Assembly: GCA_963719945.1 (NCBI GenBank)
Contig: CAVRDX010000004.1
Coordinates: 64,001 to 128,000 of the forward strand
DNA from: an uncultured Thermoplasmata archaeon
GTDB lineage: Archaea > Thermoplasmatota > Thermoplasmata > UBA10834
Reading direction: 5' to 3'
DNA: 64,000 nt
Shown: positions 44,340 to 52,700 of the stretch, piece by piece
How positions within the stretch are numbered: the stretch's first letter is position 1
Layout: each line of letters starts with the position of its first letter
The notes under the pieces: model-generated
Database searches by the model: none
Told to the model about the DNA's origin: nothing
Seen by the model: only the letters and a program-made list of their open reading frames with translations
Program-made: the position numbers and the translations under genes

Positions 44340-46481
44340 ATGGTTAGCGATCTCCGAATTCCTGAAGGGATAATTGTCAGGACTGCCAAAGGAGGCCCTG
44401 ATTCGCTGAAGGGCATACTGTCCGACCTGAAACAGTATAGCTTCACTGGTTACCTGAAGGTCACGCTCGAGAAATCCGTGATGAACTCCACGGGTTACAT
44501 CGTAGTGGAATTGGGAGCGCCCGTCATGGCGATCTACGAGTTCGAGAAATCGAAACCCAGGGAGCTGCGGAGGATATACACCGGAGAGAAGTCACTGAGA
44601 TTCATACTCGAGGATTCGCAAGACAAGGGATCCAACATCGAACTCCACAGCCGTGTCCCCAAGGAGGAGTTCGAGCGTAGGTTCCCTGACGCCTATATCG
44701 CTGGAGGAGCCGCCCCCAAACCGACCACTAGGACCCCCCGGGACGAAGCGAAGGTCAAGGAAGAGGTGGAACTCGATCCGTATGTCGAGAAGATTGAGCA
44801 GTGGCGCAGGAAGGGGTACAAGGTAGATACGCTTGAGACGGCGAGGGAGCAGGGAGTCCAGGAGATCTCGAAGGAACTTACAGGTTTCGAGCGCGACACG
44901 AACAAGCTCAGGCAGTTCGAGACGATCCTGAACAACTTCCCGATACTGGGGCTCGAGCCGGAGATCGCGGAGATAAGGACCAAACTGAACGATCCCACTC
45001 GAATCGCTGAGATAGAATCGGATATCGAATTCCTGCAGGAGAAGATCCGCCGGAAGATACAGAAGAGGAAGGCGGAAGAGGATTCGATAAAGCAGGAGAT
45101 GGAACGGAAGAAGAGGGATGAGAAGGCGTCGGACGTGTACGACCTGATCCTCAAGTACCAGACGACGCCCGAGGGTGAGGAGGCCGTGGAAGCCGTGAAG
45201 TGCCCCATCTGCGGCGGAGAGCTGGAAGATGGACAGTGCAGCAAGTGCGAGAAGGAGCAGAAGTTCACCAAGACATTCCCGACAGAGATGAGGTTCGACA
45301 ATTTCGTGATAGGCCCTGGCTCGAAGTTCTCGGCAGCGACCGCAGTCGCTGTAGCTGAGAATCTAGGCAAGGCATACAATCCGCTCCTGATATTCGGTGC
45401 AACTGGCCTGGGAAAGACGCATCTTCTATCAGCCATCGGAAACCACATACTGAACAAGAACAGTGGATTGACCGCCCTATACGTGCCAGCCGACAAGCTG
45501 GTCGATGCCGTTGAGCACAGTACGACTCCTGACGCCATCAGGATGTTGAGGGAGGAACTGAAACGTGCCGAACTCCTGCTTGTCGACGACATGCAGTTCC
45601 TCGCCGCCAATGAACAAGCTCAGGGTGAGATGGTCCACATCATCGATTCGCTCATCGACTCTGGAAAGCAGGTCGTGCTCGCTAGTGACAGACTGCCTAC
45701 ACAGATTCCGGGCTTCAGCGACAGACTGAATGCCAGAATCCAGAAGGGGTTGACCGTCGATCTGCAGCCGCCGGACGAGAGCACCAGGATCAAGCTCGTC
45801 AGGGTGAAGGCGCATGAGAAGAAGTTGAAGCTCAGCGACGAGATAGTCAAGTACATCGCCGAAAAGGTCACCCAGAATGTTCGCGAGATAGAGAGCACTC
45901 TGAACAAGGTCGTTGCGTTCTCCACCATAATGAAGATGGAAATCGACATGACCCTCGTCTCGGACATACTCAAGCCGCTCGCTCCCGTGCAGGAGACCAG
46001 GAAGGAGATCATGAAGGAGGTCAATGTTCAACCTGGCCATTGCTACCTGATAGAGGAGGAGAAACCGACCTACAGCAATGTCTTGCTGGGGCGGATGATG
46101 GCCGAGAACTATAGAGGGCTCATAATAACGAGGATGAACCCAAAGAGAATAAGAGATGATTTCGAAAAGGACCCTCGAATACTCTGGCTTACCGACAAGG
46201 ATAGTTCGATGGAGAAGACCATCCCGCCATCCCTGGAGATGATAATCCACAAGATCCAGGAATTCATTTCAGAGGAGGGGAACGGCATGGTCGTCCTCGA
46301 TGGCATACAATATCTCATCAGCAGCACCAATTTCGATTCGGTGCTCAGGTTCCTGAGGAGCATAATCGATGAGATGTCAGAATCGAAATGCATATTTGCG
46401 GTATCGATTAGCCCTGAAACCATGAAGGAGCAGGAGATATCGATAATGGAGAGGGAGATGGAGGTCCTGAACCTGACCTGA
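44340..46481 (+). CDS. DUF2226/PATAN-like + coiled coil + zinc ribbon + DnaA-type AAA+ + DUF835 fusion protein
   Basis: FTGYLKV…GYIVV..G; CPIC/CSKC; FDNFVIG…YNPLLIFGATGLGKTHLL…LLLVDDMQFL…ASDR…NVRE; C-terminal GLIITRMNP…WLT…LDGIQYL…NF. The ORF-track start overlaps the tRNA; ATG 44340 is the likely start. Confidence 0.88.
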   Translation: MVSDLRIPEGIIVRTAKGGPDSLKGILSDLKQYSFTGYLKVTLEKSVMNSTGYIVVELGAPVMAIYEFEKSKPRELRRIYTGEKSLRFILEDSQDKGSNIELHSRVPKEEFERRFPDAYIAGGAAPKPTTRTPRDEAKVKEEVELDPYVEKIEQWRRKGYKVDTLETAREQGVQEISKELTGFERDTNKLRQFETILNNFPILGLEPEIAEIRTKLNDPTRIAEIESDIEFLQEKIRRKIQKRKAEEDSIKQEMERKKRDEKASDVYDLILKYQTTPEGEEAVEAVKCPICGGELEDGQCSKCEKEQKFTKTFPTEMRFDNFVIGPGSKFSAATAVAVAENLGKAYNPLLIFGATGLGKTHLLSAIGNHILNKNSGLTALYVPADKLVDAVEHSTTPDAIRMLREELKRAELLLVDDMQFLAANEQAQGEMVHIIDSLIDSGKQVVLASDRLPTQIPGFSDRLNARIQKGLTVDLQPPDESTRIKLVRVKAHEKKLKLSDEIVKYIAEKVTQNVREIESTLNKVVAFSTIMKMEIDMTLVSDILKPLAPVQETRKEIMKEVNVQPGHCYLIEEEKPTYSNVLLGRMMAENYRGLIITRMNPKRIRDDFEKDPRILWLTDKDSSMEKTIPPSLEMIIHKIQEFISEEGNGMVVLDGIQYLISSTNFDSVLRFLRSIIDEMSESKCIFAVSISPETMKEQEISIMEREMEVLNLT

Positions 46482-46496
46482 CCTCGTCGGTCAAGT

Positions 46497-48227
46497 TCAC
46501 ATGGTCTTCTTCGCCATCTCTTTGAATTCCCTCAACTCTTTGAGCGCCTGCGAATAGTTCTTCGATTTCGTCAGGTTGGTCACCGACTTCAATATCGTCA
46601 ACATAGGCGTTATGTTCACGTTCTTTATCTTCGCGTCCACTAGCAGGTGACGAGCGCTCTTGATCTCCTCGGTGAGACGCTCTGGGATGGCTGCATTGAG
46701 ACGCTCGTTCGTCTGCTTGATGAGCATCTCGGCCTTATCGAAGTCCCTGGAATCGAACGCTTTGTTGGCTTCCACGAAGGATGCGCGAGCCTCTCGTGTA
46801 TCGAGTATGAGCATCTCGCAATCCGCAAGCAATGATTTCAAAGAATTGAGCCTCTTCTTCGCTTCGTTGTATCTGCCCGTGATCGGAAGGAGTTCGTTCG
46901 AGACTTTATCAGAGTAGATGAACGCGGCCTCCGCATCCCCACTGGATTTGGCCTTCTCCATCTCGCTTATGTAGGTCATCGATCGGGATACTTCGCCACC
47001 GAGCTCCTTAGCCACTTGGACCTCTTCCCTCAGCTGGTCGAGGTCATCTGTAAGCCTGGCATCTATTGTGTCCATGAGGATCGCGCGAGCCGTGTTCACG
47101 AGCTCAAGCGCTTTCTCTAGCTGCCTATCTCGCCCAGCTGCGGCTGCGTCATCGATGAGCTGCTTGCTCTCAGATATCTCAATCTCCTTCTGCATGGCAA
47201 GAGACAGGAGCGGTTTCATCTCGGCCACCATCCTCGCGAGCTCCTTCCCCTTGTCCTTCGAATCTGCCCTCATGGGGGTGATCTTCGGGGCTGGGGCCGC
47301 CTTGGTTATCTCCGGTTCAGGTATCCTTGGCCTAGGCTCTTCCTTTAGATGACGGAATGGTTCTGCCTCGACGGGCTCTTGCTTCGATTGAGGTTCTGGT
47401 TCCGTTACAGGTTCGGGTTCCGCCTCATCTTTGGCCTCGTCCTTCTTGCGCTTCTTCAGCCAGCCGAATGGTGAACGGCCCTTCTTCTCCTTGGGGGCCT
47501 TCTCTGGCTCTTCAACCTCATCAGCAGATGGTTCCTCTGCCTCCTCGGGTTCGACCTCGACCTCCGGCTTCATGGCCGGGACTTCTCTGACAGTCGGGAC
47601 TTCGGCGACTGGAGGCTCGATCTCTGGCTGAGTCGACGCTTGCTCAGTCGCCTCCTCCTCGGACTCGACGAACATGGCGCCACAACCGGGGCAGGTTTTG
47701 GCATCGACATTGACAAGCGTGTTACATGCAGGGCACTGGAATACTTCTGTGCCTTCGTCCGAGAAGATGACACCGCAACTCGAACAGGAGGATGCGGTCA
47801 TGCTCACCTTTGCACCGCACTCAGGACATGAGAATTGGTCTTCTTGGACGGTTTCGACCATCGGTATCTCGGATGTAGTCTCATCCTCGACAGGTGCCGA
47901 TTCCTCTGTGTCTGGCCTGACATCAGATGTGGATCGCGAGAACAGGGAAGCGGCGGTCGCAGCGGATTCATCCGAGACTTCTTCCTTCGGAGTCTCGGCC
48001 ACCTTGGGCTCACCGCGAGGGGGCGATATGACTTCGCGAACAATCGCATCGATCGATTTCTTTGGAGCCGGAGCGCTAGGCGTAGGCTGAACAGTCTGCT
48101 CAACAGGCTCATCGACTTCCATATCGAATATGGACAAATCTGTCCCACAGAACCCGCACTTCTTCGATCCGGGCTGGAGTGGAGAATCGCAGATGGGGCA
48201 AAGTTTGTCCCCGCTAGAACTTGGCAA
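46497..48227 (-). CDS. multi-zinc-ribbon protein with Pro/Glu linker and C-terminal helical repeats
   Basis: Three double-CxxC ribbons; about four helical repeats of roughly 66 aa. Confidence 0.8.
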   Translation of the reverse strand: MPSSSGDKLCPICDSPLQPGSKKCGFCGTDLSIFDMEVDEPVEQTVQPTPSAPAPKKSIDAIVREVISPPRGEPKVAETPKEEVSDESAATAASLFSRSTSDVRPDTEESAPVEDETTSEIPMVETVQEDQFSCPECGAKVSMTASSCSSCGVIFSDEGTEVFQCPACNTLVNVDAKTCPGCGAMFVESEEEATEQASTQPEIEPPVAEVPTVREVPAMKPEVEVEPEEAEEPSADEVEEPEKAPKEKKGRSPFGWLKKRKKDEAKDEAEPEPVTEPEPQSKQEPVEAEPFRHLKEEPRPRIPEPEITKAAPAPKITPMRADSKDKGKELARMVAEMKPLLSLAMQKEIEISESKQLIDDAAAAGRDRQLEKALELVNTARAILMDTIDARLTDDLDQLREEVQVAKELGGEVSRSMTYISEMEKAKSSGDAEAAFIYSDKVSNELLPITGRYNEAKKRLNSLKSLLADCEMLILDTREARASFVEANKAFDSRDFDKAEMLIKQTNERLNAAIPERLTEEIKSARHLLVDAKIKNVNITPMLTILKSVTNLTKSKNYSQALKELREFKEMAKKTM

Positions 48228-48408
48228 CTCGCAGGGCCTCCTTAGACATGTTTTACAAGTCTACGGTATGCCTGGATAAATAGTTAACCATTTTGATTCC
48301 GCCCGATGATAACAGGGGAGGGGCTGGCAAAAAAACAATGCATGCACCAGCCATGCGGAGAAAGATTTTTCCCAACGATCATCCTTCTCGCCAAAGGGGT
48401 TTGCTGTC

Positions 48409-48891
48409 ATGGAAATGCATTCAGTCAAGGTAACAATCCCGGATAACGCGAATGTTGTGATAGGTCAGAGTCATTTCATCAAGACGGTCGAGGACATCTA
48501 CGAGGCGATAGTCAGTACGGTCCCACAGGCTAAGTTCGGAATCGCGTTCTGCGAGGCTTCGGGCCCATGCCTGGTGAGAGTTGACGGGAATGACGAGGAT
48601 ATGAAAAAATCAGCGTCAGAGAATGCGATGAGCATCGGTGCTGGGCACACCTTCGTCATCATGTTGAGGGATTCGTATCCGATCAATATCATGAACAGGC
48701 TCCGTGATGTACAGGAGATATGCACCATATTCTGCGCTACTGCGAACCCCTTGGATGTGGTCGTGGTCGAGAACGAGAGGGGACGAGGGGTAATCGGAGT
48801 GATCGACGGCGAAAAACCCAAAGGCGTGGAGACAAAAGAAGATGAGGACGACAGGAAATCACTCCTCCGCAAGTTCGGATACAAGAGATGA
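48409..48891 (+). CDS. adenosine-specific kinase family protein (PAE2307/COG1839-like)
   Basis: GQSHFIKTVED, FCEASG, GAGHTF, CATANP, GVIDG. Confidence 0.9.
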   Translation: MEMHSVKVTIPDNANVVIGQSHFIKTVEDIYEAIVSTVPQAKFGIAFCEASGPCLVRVDGNDEDMKKSASENAMSIGAGHTFVIMLRDSYPINIMNRLRDVQEICTIFCATANPLDVVVVENERGRGVIGVIDGEKPKGVETKEDEDDRKSLLRKFGYKR

Positions 48892-48913
48892 TTGGTGATT
48901 GGAAGAAACCATC

Positions 48914-49780
48914 ATGAGATTCTCGCTAAAGATCGCGCCTCTGGATCTGGACCTTACACTTGGATGCGGACAGGTGTTCAGATGGTCCAGGACGGATAGG
49001 GGCGAATGGATTGGGCCCCTCGGGAGACATCTGGTCACTTTGGGATGGAAGAACGGTCGATTGACCGTAAGTGCCGATCCCGGGGAGCCGCGAATGCATG
49101 ACCGAATCTCCGAGTTTCTGAGAGTGTCGGATAACATCACAGAGATACAATCGTCGCTCTCCAGGGACCCTGTGCTGTCACCTGGTCTCGATCGGTTCAG
49201 AGGACTCAGGATCGTCAAAATGGATGAATGGGAATGCCTGGCGAGCTATGTACTGGCCACCTACGCGAATATACCCAGGATTGCAAAGATGATAGATGAG
49301 GTCTCCAAGCATTTCGGCCATGAGATCGTGGATGGGGTACGATCGTTCCCAAAACCATCCGATCTCAGAAAAGCTAGTGTTAGAGAACTCGAGAAGTGCG
49401 GACTTGGATATAGAGCGAAATATCTCCACTCAATCTCCAGAAGTGTTGATCTGGAAGAGATCAGCCGATTGAAAAGGCTCGGGTACAAGGATCTGCGGAG
49501 AGAATTGATGGACCTTCCAGGAGTCGGGGAGAAGGTCGCTGATTGTGTCTCTCTGTTCGGCTTCGGCAAGCTGGAAGCGTTCCCAATCGACGTCTGGATA
49601 GAGCGCGCAATCTCGAGATTGTACGATGTGGAAGGACCGTACAAGACGATCAGAGGGTTCGCGGCAGAGAGATGGGGGGATTTTGCAGGCTATGCGCAGG
49701 AGTATCTCTACTTCAATGAGAGGACCTTGGCGAAGAGCAGTGGTTGTGAATTCTCCAGATGCGCGGAAGATAATGGATGA
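48914..49780 (+). CDS. ogg: 8-oxoguanine DNA glycosylase (OGG1-type HhH-GPD)
   Basis: TLGCGQVFRW, NIPRI, GLGYRA, PGVGEKVADC (catalytic K), FPIDVW (catalytic D), AGYAQEYL. Confidence 0.9.
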   Translation: MRFSLKIAPLDLDLTLGCGQVFRWSRTDRGEWIGPLGRHLVTLGWKNGRLTVSADPGEPRMHDRISEFLRVSDNITEIQSSLSRDPVLSPGLDRFRGLRIVKMDEWECLASYVLATYANIPRIAKMIDEVSKHFGHEIVDGVRSFPKPSDLRKASVRELEKCGLGYRAKYLHSISRSVDLEEISRLKRLGYKDLRRELMDLPGVGEKVADCVSLFGFGKLEAFPIDVWIERAISRLYDVEGPYKTIRGFAAERWGDFAGYAQEYLYFNERTLAKSSGCEFSRCAEDNG

Positions 49781-49794
49781 TGACATGACCGAGG

Positions 49795-52700
49795 TCAGCC
49801 CATTCCAGGGTGACTCTTCCTGTAGAATTCCATGATCTCCCATTCGGACAGACTGCCCTCCGCTCTGTCCGAAAGGGCGACACCCAGCCTCTTGGCGAAC
49901 CCCTCTATGGCCTCTGCACAGTCATCCTCGCCCTGAAGGTCTTCGACCACCAGTTTATTCTGCACTATATGCCCGACGAACGAGCCGATAAGGTTGGGTC
50001 CTGAATAGACCGCGTATCTTCCTGTCTCGGGCAATGAGTCTCTGAAGCCAGCACGCAGGTATCCGACCATGCTGTCTTCGGGAGCCACCACGACCGAGGC
50101 TCGCGGAACCGATTCGCCCATGAGCGCGTGTGCTTCCTTGGTCGCCCAGTATATGGTCGTTGAGCCCCGGAGCAGGTGCCCCTTCACCAAAGTGCCCTCA
50201 CCCTCAAGCAACCTCAGGATGCCCCTCAGCTCCCGCATGGGAATCTCCGAGCCGATCATCATCGATAGCGCCTCGGCCGAGCAAATGCCATAGCTGCGGA
50301 AGATGCGCCTGATTATCCTGACCCAGGCAGATCTTCTGGAAAGACGTGTCTTGGGAGCCGCGACGTATCCCCTGGTGGTGTCGAGATAAAGCATGGAAGA
50401 GGAATACAATGATTTGAGCGCCTCAGTCGTATCCTCGGTACCCAATGGCGATACTGTGAGGGCTCTGTCCCGACGGATCGGTTGCTGGTCCTTCACGATC
50501 CTCAGGACCAGCTTCTCCTCTGGGGTCAGCTCGCGGGACCTGGCCGCCCGATATACCGATGCGTCTTCCTTGGTGCAATATCCGACCCTGTCGGGCACGA
50601 GGTGTCCGCGGACGACCAGCCCCTTCTTCAGGAGTATCTCGAGTGGCGCGAACCCATCGACGCGGATGAGCGCTTCGGAGTTGCTTCTCAGGCCGCCATA
50701 ATTCGCCAGCGCCACGGACATGTCATCCAATCTATCCCGGTCGCTCCAATGTTGCAACGAGAATACCACATCAAGCAACTCCGACCTTTCGTAACAGTCC
50801 GTCACCAGAGAGCCTTTGACCAGCATACCGTTCGACGCTCTGTAGCCGTGGTTGTTGAATTCCTTAAGCACTCCAGCGTCCAATTCATTTATGTCCGATC
50901 CGAAGGCCCGTTTGATTCGGATGATGTCCACGTTGATAGACCTGTAGAAATCCATCACGCTGTCCAGCTCATCCAACAAAGGTCCTAGCAGCCTCTGATC
51001 GTCCAGCCGGATCTCACGTATGTCGATCGCTCCCGCCATCAACCACTCCTCGACCATCCCTGCGATCTGGCCGTTGTGGATGACTGGGAATATCCAGCCT
51101 TCTCCGTACTTCGACGTTATCTCGACCCATCGGTCTCCGAGGAATGGGTCATAGAGAGAGAGCACGCGAACCCGGGTATCGGCCGTTCTCATCTTCCCGA
51201 TATCCGGCAACTCGTCCTTCATCACGAACATCTCGGTCTGCTCCAAACCGACGGTTATCGGTTCTGTCCCGATCTTCCTCAGGAGAGCTCGGGCCGTGTC
51301 GACTTCGACATCGAGATGGGACGCTGCTTGAAATGCTGTCACGGGGCCGTATCCACGGACGTACTTCGAGAGCACGAGCTCGAACGCGCCGTTCAGCTCA
51401 GGCTCGACCGAGCAGACGGCATATACGTTCCTCGAGGTCCATACATCCGACCCGTCGAAATTCCGGACTAAGTACCCCTTCCGGTCGAGGGACTCGAAGT
51501 GTTCCCGCATCACCTCCCCAGGTATGCCAGCCGCCTCGGCGATCTCCTGATAGGTGCCAGGCCCCAACCGTTCAGCAGCCTTCAGTATCGCGTTCTCATA
51601 CTTCGAAAGGCGGCCCCTTCTGAAAACACCGAGATAATATTGGACCTCCTCAGAGAGGATGTATCTCAATCTCCCTCGGACAAACCTGCCGAGCACCACT
51701 TCTCCGCGGTCCCTCATCCCTCCGAATTCCTCTATGGAGAATCCTCTGACCCTGACGGCGATGTCATACGGCATGCCGATGTCGCCGAATCGTTCGAAGA
51801 ATTCGCGAGCGGAGTGGATATCGCCTAGCAACTTCGATTCGACATAGGAGCGGACTGTCTCCCGGTCGAAAACCGGGCGTTCCTTGGAGAGCAATGCGAG
51901 GTAATCCCTGGCGAGCATGAACTGCTGTTGCTCACCTATGACGAACCTGCCGGACACTACTAGCTCCTTCGCAAGCAGCGACCTCAGGGCTTTCTCGGTC
52001 GCCTCCTCGCTGGTGCCGACCTCATACGCTATATCCTCGATGGACAGGGGGGCGTGGTATGCGAGGTGTCTCATAACCGCATCTCTGGCGCAATCGTCGA
52101 TTTCGATCGGATCGTGCGTGGATGACGAGTATTGGAAACGCCCCCCATGGATGCCGCTCCTGTGCACCAGGTTAGCGATCTCGAGCCGCTTCACGATATC
52201 CTTGGCGTCATCCTTGTTAAGATCGAGTCGCTCGCTGAGTGTGGATATATCGAGAGGTTCGTCCGACATCTCATCCATCAATGCTTCCTCGACGACGGAA
52301 GGTGTATGCGGACGATGATGTAGGCTCGAATACAGTGGCCAATCATTCGAATGGACATAGACATCCTCTCCGATCCATACGGAACGGACCTTTCCTTCCC
52401 TCAGGAGTTCGGTAGACCATGAATGGAGGTCATCGTAGTTCCCTATCGAGCGGGTGTATATGTTCTCGCCCTTCTCCTTGAAGAGATTCATGGGGCCCAC
52501 GAGTCGTAACGCGTCCAGGATATCGTTCTTGGTCCGGATGCTGGGGAACTTGGCGTCGAAATATTCCGTCACGACCTCCGCATCGAATGTGTATTCGGAT
52601 AGGGCGTCGTCGCCAAGCACTCTGGCTAGGACCTTCCTGTGAAGGTCCCTGAGGAGCATGCTCCGATCCTCCATTAGGACTATATCAGACACACCAATCA

